DNA of 60,237 nucleotides, counting the filler, from Platydemus manokwari (taxonomy: Eukaryota), in NCBI GenBank assembly GCA_037951405.1. It is 4 parts of 4 records of this genome, joined end to end, with 100 filler letters (N's around TTAATTAATTAA, not from the genome) between each part and the next. Parts side by side here need not be neighbours in the genome. Positions count along the whole stretch, not along the records: positions 1 to 29,068 come from JBBMOY010000006.1; positions 29,169 to 38,379 come from JBBMOY011282762.1; 2 more parts are not named here. One strand, given 5' to 3'. This document shows, piece by piece, positions 26,136-38,479 of this stretch (its first letter is position 1; the number at the start of each line of letters is the position of its first letter). A model generated the notes under the pieces. It did no database searches, was not told the DNA's origin, and worked only from the letters and a program-made list of their open reading frames with translations. Both the position numbers and the translations under genes were made by a program.

Positions 26136-28059
26136 GAATTATTTAATTATAAGATATAAATTAAACATTTAAAAAAGGATTTAGTAATGCATTAAAAAAC
26201 ATTTCCTCATAAAACATTGAAATTTTGTATATCTACATACTATTGATGTTTTATTTATATTTCCAATTTACATATCGTCTTTATTGGTTAAATAAATATT
26301 ATTTTCTATCGGACAAGATTTTCGTTCCAATCCTATATTTATTAATTAATAACTATAAACAAAATGTTATCCTAAAAGTATTATTTTAAATAAAAAATTG
26401 TTTTCATTGAATTATCACAGTGGATTAATATCTAACAAACAATTTGAAATCCTATATTGTTAAATTTTCACGCTACTTTGATAGAGCGTTAATTGATGTT
26501 GATTTCATAAATTTAAAATTCATACCTGATTCATTTTTTCAATTTCTTCAACAAATGTTGATTTTGATATTCAAGTCCAGTTATATTCATAAGTACATTT
26601 ACTTTCATTCCAATATATATGGTGTTATTGTGTTTAAATTGTTTTCACATATAAATTATATTTATTTACGAATTCAATGGTAAAATAGAAACCAATCACA
26701 ACGTGGCATTGAAAATAGATGGAAATGCATCATGATATATAATAAAATATCAAACCATTTAAGAAGTTAATGGGATTAAACTGTGACAATAATGATTCGG
26801 AAAAATGATAAAACCGGCCCTTGAATATCAACTGGTTGCGTATATCAACGATTAAATCACCCTAGCTTTAATAGAATAAATAATATTGATACAATGTCTC
26901 AACATGTATTATAAAACCATATTTAAATCAATGTCACCTGTATAACTTAATATCAATCAAAATAACCAAGCTAGATAGTTAATAATTACTGAATTATTTT
27001 ATAGGAATTTGGCTAGTATTGGAGACTGACAATATGGTAACTCGGGTCAGTTTTATATAGTATGATTAACTATAGCTTAAAGATTATTAACGTTATTATT
27101 TTATTAGTGTGAGAAAGTTTTACTTTATGTTTGACATCACAATCCATTGAATGAACAATATGTTTCATTGCTAATTCCCTGAGAAATGGGTATTGTTCCA
27201 ATATAATTCACTCATGTCTTTGGATATTGTTTATCAATACAATAACAATGAAAGTANNNNNNNNNNNNNNNNNNNNNNNNNNNNNNNNNNNNNNNNNNNN
27301 NNNNNNNNNNNNNNNNNNNNNNNNNNNNNNNNNNNNNNNNNNNNNNNNNNNNNNNNNNNNNNNNNNNNNNNNNNNNNNNNNNNNNNNNNNNNNNNNNNNN
27401 NNNNNNNNNNNNNNNNNNNNNNNNNNNNNNNNNNNNNNNNNNNNNNNNNNNNNNNNNNNNNNNNNNNNNNNNNNNNNNNNNNNNNNNNNNNNNNNNNNNN
27501 NNNNNNNNNNNNNNNNNNNNNNNNNNNNNNNNNNNNNNNNNNNNNNNNNNNNNNNNNNNNNNNNNNNNNNNNNNNNNNNNNNNNNNNNNNNNNNNNNNNN
27601 NNNNNNNNNNNNNNNNNNNNNNNNNNNNNNNNNNNNNNNNNNNNNNNNNNNNNNNNNNNNNNNNNNNNNNNNNNNNNNATAATNNNNNNNNNNNNNNNNN
27701 NNNNNNNNNNNNNNNNNNNNNNNNNNNNNNNNNNNNNNNNNNNNNNNNNNNNNNNNNNNNNNNNNNNNNNNNNNNNNNNNNNNNNNNNNNNNNNNNNNNN
27801 NNNNNNNNNNNNNNNNNNNNNNNNNNNNNNNNNNNNNNNNNNNNNNNNNNNNNNNNNNNNNNNNNNNNNNNNNNNNNNNNNNNNNNNNNNNNNNNNNNNN
27901 NNNNNNNNNNNNNNNNNNNNNNNNNNNNNNNNNNNNNNNNNNNNNNNNNNNNNNNNNNNNNNNNNNNNNNNNNNNNNNNNNNNNNNNNNNNNNNNNNNNN
28001 NNNNNNNNNNNNNNNNNNNNNNNNNNNNNNNNNNNNNNNNNNNNNNNNNNNNNNNNNNN

Positions 28060-28256
28060 CAATGATAATAATGATAATAATGATGATAATAATAATGATA
28101 ACAATAATGATAACAATAATGATAATAATAATGGTAATAATGATAATAATAATAACAATATTGATAATTGTGCTAGTAATAATGATAATGATAATAATAT
28201 TACTAATTATAATGATGATAATAATAACGATAATAATAATGATAGTAATAATGATA
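28060..28256. repeat. (AAT/GAT)n trinucleotide low-complexity repeat
   Basis: Directly visible next to gaps. Confidence 0.95.
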
Positions 28257-28810
28257 TATCAATTATAAAAAATGAAAATATTATTTTCTTAATATACGGG
28301 GAATTTATTTGTACTTTTGTGGTTGGTTTTTGATNNNNNNNNNNNNNNNNNNNNNNNNNNNNNNNNNNNNNNNNNNNNNNNNNNNNNNNNNNNNNNNNNN
28401 NNNNNNNNNNNNNNNNNNNNNNNNNNNNNNNNNNGCGTATCCCGGTCAATAGATCCACACCACTCCCGTAAGTTTGATGATGTTATGCCTGGCAGCCACA
28501 TGGTGGNNNNNNNNNNNNNNNNNNNNNNNNNNNNNNNNNNNNNNNNNNNNNNNNNNNNNNNNNNNNNNNNNNNNNNNNNNNNNNNNNNNNNNNNNNNNNN
28601 NNNNNNNNNNNNNNNNNNNNNNNNNNNNNNNNNNNNNNNNNNNNNNNNNNNNNNNNNNNNNNNNNNNNNNNNNNNNNNNNNNNNNNNNNNNNNNNNNNNN
28701 NNNNNNNNNNNNNNNNNNNNNNNNNNNNNNNNNNNNNNNNNNNNNNNNNNNNNNNNNNNNNNNNNNNNNNNNNNNNNNNNNNNNNNNNNNNNNNNNNNNN
28801 NNNNNNNNNN

Positions 28811-29066
28811 GATGATAATGATGATGATGATGATTATGTTCATGATTGTGTTGTCGTTGAGGATGATAATGATGATGATGATGATGTTGATGATGTTGAT
28901 GATGCATTATGTTGATGGTAATGATGATGATGATGATGATGATGCTGATGATGATAATTATGATGATGATGGTGATGATGGTGATGTTGATGTTAATGGT
29001 GATAGAGATGATGAAAGTGGTGGGAGCAATTATGATGATGATGATTTTGATGATTTTGAGGATGAT
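28811..29066. repeat. (GAT)n degenerate trinucleotide repeat
   Basis: Directly visible; source of the spurious poly-M/D/H ORFs. Confidence 0.95.
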
Positions 29067-29068
29067 TT

Positions 29069-29168
29069 NNNNNNNNNNNNNNNNNNNNNNNNNNNNNNNN
29101 NNNNNNNNNNNNTTAATTAATTAANNNNNNNNNNNNNNNNNNNNNNNNNNNNNNNNNNNNNNNNNNNN
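29069..29168. other. Artificial contig linker 44N-TTAATTAATTAA-44N
   Basis: Exactly 100 nt; the core has stops in all six frames; identical linkers at 38380 and 50819. Confidence 0.95.
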
Positions 29169-29259
29169 CCCTATATATATATATATATACTATCAAACTT
29201 GATCTTGATTAAGCCCTCTTCACATGCAAACTAATTACAAAGGGAATATTAAATTTATA

Positions 29260-29595
29260 ATTTTAGGTTCTGTTTAAGGATTTGAAAATAATAAATTATA
29301 CACTCCTGGAACTCATTTATCAGAAAATAAAATAAATATTTCTGAGATTAAATTAATAAATTTTGAATGTTCAATAGCAGGTGATGGTAAAAGCACAAAT
29401 ATTATTCATAGTTTTCCAGTCAATAGTGCTCCTCCAGGTTATTTATATTTAAAAGAAGTAAATCAAGTAATATATTTTCCAATATTTAATAAATGTGTTA
29501 GTGACATTACCTTTAAAATAACAGATCGAAATTGGAATTTGATAGACTTTAATGAAGAAGAAATATCTTTGAGACTTCACCTTAAACAGGTTTGA
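29260..29595 (+). mobile_element. Polinton/Maverick (adintovirus-like) minor capsid/penton gene remnant, C-terminal part
   Basis: Frame from 29278: GFENNKLYTPGTHLSENKINISEIKLINFECSIAGDGKSTNIIHSFPVNSAPPGYLYLKEVNQVIYFPIFNKCVSDITFKITDRNWNLIDFNEEEISLRLHLKQV*. Fits the invertebrate Polinton minor-capsid pattern LGF..H.S...VNI...I.C.I..G...IH.F...PPGY.....IY.P......I...ITDQ...L.DF..E.I..RLHLK. Confidence 0.75.
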
Positions 29596-29689
29596 ACGAA
29601 GTTCCTTCAATTTCATTTTTTATTTTTAAAAAATTGGATTTGAACGAAATAAATTTAATAAATTTTCTAGCTAAACATGATAATAATTA

Positions 29690-30135
29690 AACTACTAATT
29701 TTGATTTAATGGATATTTCCGATGATTTAAATTTAGATGTTGAAATTATTATGAGAGATGAATTAAAAATTTTACTGATAAGAAATATATAATAATTAAT
29801 TTAGAGATTAGAAAAGAAAAGAGATGTCATTTGGTTTCAATAAGTAAACCACATGAAATTTATTTTGATCCTTAAGGGTTTTTACCAACTGAAGAAGTTT
29901 ATAATTTCTTTAAAGACGATGTGGTCGGCCAGACAAGGTCTGATTTTGTTTATAATAGAATTCAAATACAAACAGAAGGATAATTATGTGGACAATTATC
30001 TATGTATGTTTTATATTGTTTAGACAATGGATTAAAATTCGATTATATTATTGATAATATACGGAATGAAATTGGAAAGTATGTAATCGAGGATAGCACT
30101 CTTCCCTTCACCAGCAAACGAGGTTCCTTCCCTTA
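29690..30135 (+). mobile_element. Polinton adenain-type (adenovirus-like) cysteine protease pseudogene
   Basis: TTNFDL...IMRDELK/(frameshift)YIIINLEIRKEKRCHLVSI...EIYFDP*GFLPTEEV...FVYNRIQIQTEG*LCGQLSMYVL. Retains the His (THWV-like), YFDP Asp, oxyanion Gln and CG catalytic Cys in adenain order; two stops and one frameshift. Confidence 0.75.
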
Positions 30136-30151
30136 AATTGTGAATTTAAAA

Positions 30152-30466
30152 ATGTCTATGGTTCATAAATTTGATAATAGTTCAATAAGTAATATGAGAG
30201 ATGTTCGAGAAACGATTAATTCTAAAGAACGAATTTAAGATAGGAAATATATTAATGGGGAGGTTGATAGTATGAGGGGTAACTTAGAATTAAACAATTA
30301 TAGAATAACAAACTTGGGCGATCCAAATCATGAAACAGATGATGTTAATAAGAAATATCTTGAAAAATGTATCAACGAAATTAAAAAGAATTTTGAGAAA
30401 GAAATTGACGAAACTAATAAAAATTTGGGGAATTCCGATTATATATTAATGACAAAAATTTTTTAA
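30152..30466 (+). mobile_element. Polinton-associated fibre-like ORF remnant
   Basis: MSMVHKFD...*...DSMRGNLELNNYRITNLGDPNHETDDVNKKYL carries the M.G.L.M...RITNL.DP....DAVNK.Y motif typical of tail-fibre/adhesin-like repeats. It lies co-oriented directly after the protease. Confidence 0.5.
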
Positions 30467-32414
30467 TGATAAATAGCAAAGATAGATTTTTTATGTAAAT
30501 CAATAATAACTATGGTAAATGATAATTAAAAATATAAATGAAAAAGAAATAAAATCGATTTCGTAAAAACTTAAATATTTAAAGTTCATAGTAGGAAATA
30601 CAGAAGTAGAATTTATCAAGATAACGAAAAAGAAATTAGGTGTTCTATCCGGAGGATAAGTGGAAGAAAAATGGGATAATCTAGTAAAAATAGTAAAGAT
30701 ATCAAAAAATTGACAGAATCTATCACTGATTAGAGAAAACTAATTAAAGTCCATATATTTGATGAAGAAATGGATAAATAGGTATTTGTATGTTTAAAAA
30801 AAGATGGAAAGAATATTAAAGTTGAGATAAAAATATTGATTCTTACTGTGACATCAATCGATTAAATGTTTTAAAAACTGCTATGATCGTAATAAGTAAA
30901 CGCATACCGACTGCTCAGCCATCCATTAAATTATCAATTAACAAATGGTCAGTAGGTTATGTAAATATGCACTTTAAAATTCTGTGAGTTACATTCAGTT
31001 CAACGATTATGCGAGAACCTTTATTGTGCAGGTCTCCATTGCCAACCATGTCATTCTGATATTAGAATTTATAAGCGAGTATTATATTAAATTTCATTGA
31101 GCATTAACATTACAACTAGGATTGATTAATTCTATTTTATATCACTGCATATATTCTAGGTCATTAGTGTGACCTACTTTTTATATTTCTAATTGTTGAT
31201 GAGACACATTTATTTTCAAACATTGCTTACTGTCTAAGTTTCACTAAAAAAACTGAATCTTTTCGAAGTTTAGTTTAAGGCCATTTTAAAATTTTATTTC
31301 TCATCAGAATGTTTTTATATTTAATTTTATTTCGATCTTAAAAGTAAAAGCAAAAAATATCTTTATACATCCTAAGAATCCAGATATTCAAAATGATCAT
31401 TAATAACATTAATAAAAGGTTGAAAACATTGTACAAGAGATATCATTTTGATTCATAAGATTTGTCCATATCGACCCGACTCTTTAACCTTAGAATTTAA
31501 ATTATTAAATTCGACTTAATTCGGTAATTTTAATATTTTCAATATTTTCTGAGATCAAGAAGATGTTTGGCGATTTTGTTGAATCTATAAAAAATTACTA
31601 ATGGATGCTTGGTTCTGGTTTTATTTATTCCTTAAAGACCTACAAGTTCTCTTAATGATTTTTATTGAGTGTTTATCTTCATTCTTCAATCTTCATATTC
31701 CGTACTTTTATATTGACTAGCCTTGATTGATTTTTATGTAAGGAATTCAAAAATTATCACCAATTGAATATTGAAATTAAATCGTAATAATCGATAAATT
31801 TGCTGAGTATCAAAATTATTTTGAAATTTACAACAATATTGATAAACTATAAATATGCTAAGATAGCACATGGAAGGAATAATGTTCCTTATCTGATATT
31901 TAGTAAAATTGTAAGAAAAATTTATTACCCAGCTCAATAAATATTTTGCCAAAAGATAAACAAAAATCAATTGCATAAAATTATCGATGGTATTACATAA
32001 ATTTAAAGAGGGATATTCAAGGAACAGAGATGAATCTTAAATATAAGTCATTTGAAAGAAAGTGATGAGTGTTACCTGAAATTTATCGATTGATATCTGA
32101 AATCTGATATCAACAATTAAAAGTCTTTGAGGTGAAATAGTGATAAATAAGAAGACTGAAATAATTGACGTACAAAAGATGGTGCTTTAATTTTTTGTGT
32201 CAATAAAGGACACTCGTTTTACAAATGCATAAAATAAAGAATTAATTAGTGTGTTAAGTGCACATTATATCTTTCACATTATTATGCTGCAAAATCAAAG
32301 CATTTACAGATATTGATCTCCAGAAAAATGCTTAGCACTACGCTTTTTAGATTTTCTGATAAATCTGATTTTATTGTTTAAATGAAGTGAATATTATTTC
32401 AATTTTTATTAGAA

Positions 32415-33304
32415 ATGTTGAAATGGATTAATAAAGTTGCGATTGTCACCGGTGCTTCATCTGGTATTGGGAAGGATATCGCTATTAGATTGGTTGATCA
32501 TGGATTGAAAGTCGTGGGATGTAGCAGGGACTTTAACTACTTAGCCAATGTAAAAAATGAAATATCGATAGATTCAAAAGGCGAATTCGTGCCTTTCAAA
32601 TGTGATATCTCGAAAGAAGAAGACGTTTTGAAAATGTTTGAGTTTGTGAAAGAAAATTTCAAGGAGTTGAGTATTTTGATCAACAATGCGGGTTTAGGTT
32701 TCTATGTAAATGATTTATTTATTGATTTAATATAACCATGTATGTTCAGGCACCAATTATTAAATGCAGAACTGAAAGCTTGAAAATAATGTTTGGAACA
32801 AATGTTTTAGGACTTTGTATGTGCACAAGAGAAGCATACAAAATGATGAGAGAAAATGAAAATTTGAATCAAGACCCCCATGAAAAACCTGGCCACATAA
32901 TCAATATTAACAGTATATCTGGCAATGCAGTATCAAATTACACAGGCACCCACTTTTATTCAGTTACGAAATTCGCAGCCAAGGCCATAACTGAAGCAAC
33001 GAGACAAGTAAAATCAATATCATTAAATTGAATATAAAATGATTTCAAAAATGAATTTGATTTATATTAGGAATTGCGGGAAGAGAAATCAAAGATACGA
33101 ATAACTCAAATTACTCCTGGAGTTGTCGATACAGAAATTTTTTTACGTGCGGGTAAGGGATCGAATCTGGATTATATGAAAAATGCTATTGGAGAAATTC
33201 TTCGTCCATCTGATATATCGGATGCCGTCATTTATGCTTTGTCGGCTGAACCTCGTACTTGTGTTAATGATATAATCATGAGACCAACGAATCAGAAAGA
33301 ATAA
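32415..33304 (+). CDS. DHRS11: Short-chain dehydrogenase/reductase, DHRS11-like (3 exons, complete)
   Basis: Exons 32415-32705, 32750-33007, 33071-33304. TGASSGIG, NNAG, GHIININSISG, catalytic HFYSVTK and ITPGVVDT, plus DHRS11-type NVLGLCMCTREA and DAVIYALS. Confidence 0.88.
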
Positions 33305-34589
33305 AAGAAATTTAGACAATCATCTGACTTAGCTATATATTAATCTATTTCTTGTATTCGAGATTTATAAAATAAAAATAAATGTTTTAAATAGTCATAC
33401 ATGGTTTGATTTTCTTATAAAAATGAAAACTGACATGAACATTGTCAACAATGAAGCTGTTTCACTTCATATTTTTCTACAGAATCTTACCTTTCGAATG
33501 ATGAATATATTTTAAGGATAATTCATTCGATGAATGAGTAAATGCTTATCAGATATAATTCAACGAAAAAATAATTCATCATCAGAAAAATAACTCATTT
33601 TTTTGGCTAAAGTTGAATAAGGTGTCTTGATATAAAATTTTAAAATTATTGAGTGTAATGCAAATATCTATATAGTTTATTTAATTATATTCTTTAAAAA
33701 CATTTTGAATTTTGTATTTGAGTAGTGAAGAAGAATTTTGATTGTTTGAAATCGAATATTAAACAGACTTCAGTTCCAAAATCTCTTAAAATTTCATTAG
33801 TAGAAAAACGGGCGAAATTAGATGGAAATCCAATTTATCGAATTGCAATTAATTAGAGAGGACTAATTTCAACATTAGAAGCTAATTGAGAGATACTCGC
33901 AAATTTTACAATTATTCTATAAAAATAAGTGATGTCAGATTGTTATACATTTCTGTAACTAACAAACTTGATTTACAAGTTAAAAAATTTAAATTTTAAA
34001 TTGGTTTTTCATTTAGTTCCTATTCGATGTCATAAAATGTTAGTTATCAGCAAATAAATCACCTTCACGAAATAATGAAAAATCAATAATAAAACTAAAT
34101 ATTTAAAAATTTATCGTTATCTAAAATTTTCAGATCTCTGGTTGTCTTCTTTTAATTTCAGTGTCAAGGTGATGCAATCCTCAAGGAAAATATTGCAAGA
34201 TGAATATATAAATTAATTTATATTTAAAACATTGAATGAATATTAAATGATGGTTGTTTTGTTCTGATACAATTTTATTATTTTTCGTCTAAAATTGAAT
34301 TTTAGGTTTAAATATGATAAAAATATCATTTTAAATAAATGTTGAAAAAAAATAATACGTGAAATTCAATACATTAAAATTAGGTCAAAGGACCCTGTTT
34401 GAATTTTAGTCAGAAAAACAATCAATAACTAAAAGTGCACTTTTAAACAAGTTTAGTCATTGATGCTAATTATCGATTTTTATTTCAACTCTTTAAATCA
34501 TAGTCCGTATAATCTATCTTGCTTTAGTAAAAACGTCCTTTAATTCCATCACGTTGTTCAGAATATATAAACAAATTGAATTTCCAATG

Positions 34590-35500
34590 TTATCTAACTT
34601 CCCATTCTAGTTATTTTTGAAATCTTTTTTCAGCCAATCAATTCTTTGAGGTTTTATTAACCCCTGAAAATCAAGCTGCACTTCATGTGGACTTAAAAAT
34701 TTCAAAATTCTGTGAGGGCTTTCATAACGATCTCTGTTCTTCTTTATCTTGTGTGTTTCTTTATCTTGTGTGTTTCTTTATTCAATAAAACTTCTTCTCC
34801 AACCTCGAAAACTTGACAACGTTTTTTCAGCGTCAAATTTCCTTAAATTTGTAGCAGCTGATTTTAGCTGGTTTTGTGTTTCTTTGATTATCTGGTCATG
34901 GTGGCGTGGTTCATTCAGTCGTAACCCATGCATATTAATTCGTCCAAACAAAATTTCAAAAGGAGAATGTCGAATTGAGCTTTGATATGTTGCACTGATG
35001 ATAAATTGTATCAGAGGTATTAATTTATCCCAAGCCTGTTTTTCCGATGCCAACGTCGTTACTACCATGTCTCTGGTCGTCCTAATTATTCTTTCGGCAA
35101 AGTCATTTGCCGGATGTTGGTATGGGGAGGTTAATTCTTATTTTCTTTCAAAACGTTTCGCTAATTCTTTCATTTCCCTTCTTTCAAAGACTCTACCCAA
35201 ATCAGTGAGCATTGATTTTAGAACACCAAACCTATAAATCCAATTATCGATGATAGACTTAAATACTTATCTCACCTAGTCGAATAAGTGGCACGAAGGT
35301 TACTATTTTGCTGAATATATCCACAATAACCAACAAATATCCGATTTTGGTTATAAATTCCCCAAAGTGCGAAATATCAACAACGATCTGTTCCAAAGGC
35401 GCAAAATCTTCCCTTGGAATAATAAATTCTTTAGTCGGTCCATTTCATACATTCCGTTTATCACAAATATCACAATTCCGTACTTCGTGTTCAATGCTTC
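34590..35500 (-). mobile_element. Second degenerate Ty3/Gypsy integrase fragment, same family as 13473-14270
   Basis: Minus-strand EVRNCDICDK, LLVIVDIFSK, MLTDLGRVFESKEMKELA, SPYQHPANDFAERIIRTTRDM, YQSSIRHSPFEILFGR. Long stretches are near-identical at DNA level to copy 1 (e.g. cacaaatatcacaattccgtacttc, gtcgtaacccatgcatattaatt). Confidence 0.88.
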
Positions 35501-37149
35501 TCAAAGGAAATAACTGCAATAATGCAAGACTACCACTTTATTACGGTGAAATATGAGAATTACATGCTTTATAAGATGAAAACTAGTCCAATAAAGATTG
35601 AAAAACTGATGTAGAAACTTGAAAATAAATAGAAAGAAAACACAGATCAAGCAAAAGAGTTGACAGAAATGGAGCTGATACTCGGATTCGGTCAGAAGAT
35701 TTAATCGTTTGCGTTCTAGAGAGCAGTTTGCAAATATCGAAAGAAAAAGAATAATAGAAACGGAAATTCCTGCTTTATTGTTGTTTTTTTGTTTATACTT
35801 TTCAATTATAGATATTCGCAAATCGCAACATTAAATAAAAAATTTCAAAAACTTCTAAAATACTAGAAAGGCACAATAAGCATCGGCAATATTGAATGTC
35901 ACTCAAAGAATTTCGATAAGTATATTTTTAAATGTTCAACCGGCCATCTATTTAATTATAATTTGATAGATGGCTGAGTTTATTTCAATCATTGATATGT
36001 AGACGGTTAACAAAATTAAGATCATTAAAATTGTCGACCAGATAATTAATTGAAACCAGTATCTGATTGGTTTAATATCACTGTTAGATCCTCTGAATTA
36101 TTGATGAATTTTCACTTATAATAACTTTCAATTTGGATTCATCAACTATTCTAATAATTTCTTCATTCGATTATAAAATTAAATTTTCGGTGATTATTCT
36201 TTTGTTCAAAATATCAAACGATAGGAAATATCTTTGTTATTTTTATTGCAAACACATTTTTACAATCCTATAACTCCTGAATATAATTTATATAAATGTT
36301 TTATAAACAAAAATAGATAGAATTTGAAAATCAAGATAATTTTTGAATAGATTTTGTTTCAATTGGCGATAATAGTTGGCACCATCTGACAATGAGACCA
36401 CATCCTACAAAAATTTATTTTTTCAGCGCCCCCATGTCTTACTCGAGATAATAGCTTTAAAAAAATTAATTTTGGTTTATTAGTGACATTATAAAAGTTT
36501 TAACAAGTGCTTTCTGTGGTCTGATATTTTTGAATGTTGTAGAAAACGCAAGGGAAATTCGATAACCATGAGCTTCATATTTTTTCAAAATTATAATATG
36601 TTTTTCATTAATATTTTGTTACATTTCGATTGAAAATGGAATATGGAATTCAAATCAATTGTCAAAATCAAAATCGAATAGATATTTGGAAAGATAAACG
36701 ATTTTAAAGCTGAGAAGGAACTCATAAATTCGAGTTATCAAAACAAAATATCCAAGCACAGCCGATCGGTTGATGAGTTAAAACATCCATAAAATATTAC
36801 ATACAAATCCAAATTAAAGGAATATAAAACATACTGTGGCCACATCAATAAATAAAGCCGGTAAGATGTGCCCACAATAGATACCGCCGATTTAATATTT
36901 TATTTTATAAACTACTCACTCTTATAAATAGACTATCATTATTTTTAATTATTTCATATCTTTGAAGCTTTCAACTTGAATATCTTTTCGAATATTATTA
37001 CCAATTTAATTTTGATAACAGATCATGATTTATGTTCTTTTTCGCTTCTATTTTTCATCAATTTTTTTTTATAGAGAACAAACTTTAGTTGGTATTTGTA
37101 ACACAGCAATTATTTCGACTTCGTTTTTGCTACTAATAACCAAATGTTT

Positions 37150-37770
37150 ATCAAAAATTTGTTTTGATTAATTCATTTTGATAATATCTTCCAAGATTTG
37201 ATCACCATTTAAAGCAATCAATCCATAATTTATAGGTTTAGTTTAACTAAATTCTTTAATAATAAATATTTCTTCTGAATATTTTGTTGTATAACTTTTT
37301 AAATTTGCTTTTTATACTTAAAAATTCTTACGCGATCTAAAACTTTAAATTGTAGTTTAGCATTCAAACTATAATTTCAATTTTTATGTATTTTAATCGC
37401 CTCCTTAATTATTTCAGGATTTTCACCTGCTTCCACAGGACCAACACCAATTGTTAAGTGAACTTTATTATAGTTATTTACAACACTTTGTAATAAATAA
37501 TTATTTCATTTTTTAAAGTTCTAATAAATCTTCCAGCAAAAACAGCTTTACCCTTGTTCACTGAATAATATAAAAACAATATCATTATCCTCGCGAAATT
37601 TTTTTAAAAATATATTGCTATTCCGGTTTCTTTATCAAATCAAATAAATTTTGGAATTTTTATTTTTATCAAAATAACTTTCAAATGCTTCAACTAATGT
37701 TTCTTGTTTTTTCCTTCCAAGGAATACACAAATCATATCTTGTGTAAAATCAATAATAACTTAAATTTTT
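37150..37770 (-). mobile_element. Polinton/Maverick retroviral-like integrase pseudogene
   Basis: Minus-strand fragments VIIDF...KKQETLVEAFE..., IPKFI*FDKE, KAVFAGRFIRTLKN, LQSVVNNYNKVHLTIGVGPVEA, FKVLDRVRIFKYKK...YTTKYSEEIFII...TKPINY...LNGDQI. They match the Polinton integrase pattern (KAxxxERFNRTLK; YNxxxHxTIGMxP; FKVGDxVRISKYK..GYTxxWSEEIF). Multiple frameshifts. Confidence 0.8.
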
Positions 37771-38379
37771 CTTAAGTTCATCCAAAAGATTTATTTTAAA
37801 TTAACAAAGACTCCTATAAAACTTACAAGTACGAAAAAAAATACATTTACTAAGTTATTTAGACGTTATATTTTCCCATACTTTTGATATACGTGTAAAG
37901 ATGGTATTAGATATTAATATTGTTTACCTTTCATTTTTTATAATATTTTTTAATTGAGAATTTGCTTTTCATATGAGATTAAATAAATGCATTCACATTT
38001 AATCTTTTTTAGAAATGGTATAGTGTTTTTTCATGAAATCAAATAAAGCTCTACATTTCATAAGGATTTGATTAAATACTAGCTTCTTTGTCTCCAGTAT
38101 TTTCTTGTTTTATTTTAATCAAATCTGTTTTCTTAGCTTGTTTGCTTGTTTTACTACAGTTGAAATTCCACAAGCTATTATTGCTGGTAATGCAGCTAAT
38201 AAAGGATAACAACATCTTCTTTTTGTTCTTTACAATCGCCTTTATTGTCAATAATCTTTTTTAATTCATTATTAATATTTTTATTCATATAAACTTTTCT
38301 CTTTTATATTGGGTCTATAACTTAATAACCGGAATTTGACACCAGATGTAAACACTTGTGTGTGTGCTGTAGCAAATCA

Positions 38380-38479
38380 NNNNNNNNNNNNNNNNNNNNN
38401 NNNNNNNNNNNNNNNNNNNNNNNTTAATTAATTAANNNNNNNNNNNNNNNNNNNNNNNNNNNNNNNNNNNNNNNNNNNN
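38380..38479. other. Artificial contig linker 44N-TTAATTAATTAA-44N
   Basis: Identical 100-nt linker structure. Confidence 0.95.

Noticed and set aside
28435-28506. 72-bp GC-rich island between gaps with a TGATGA box
   Set aside because: Too short and isolated; no D box or terminal stem to support a snoRNA.
27193-29124. Long ORFs of X, poly-M/I/D/H/L
   Set aside because: Produced by N gaps and AAT/GAT microsatellites.
29113-29124. TTAATTAATTAA as a piggyBac target site or biological motif
   Set aside because: Embedded symmetrically in 44+44 Ns three times; an artificial linker.
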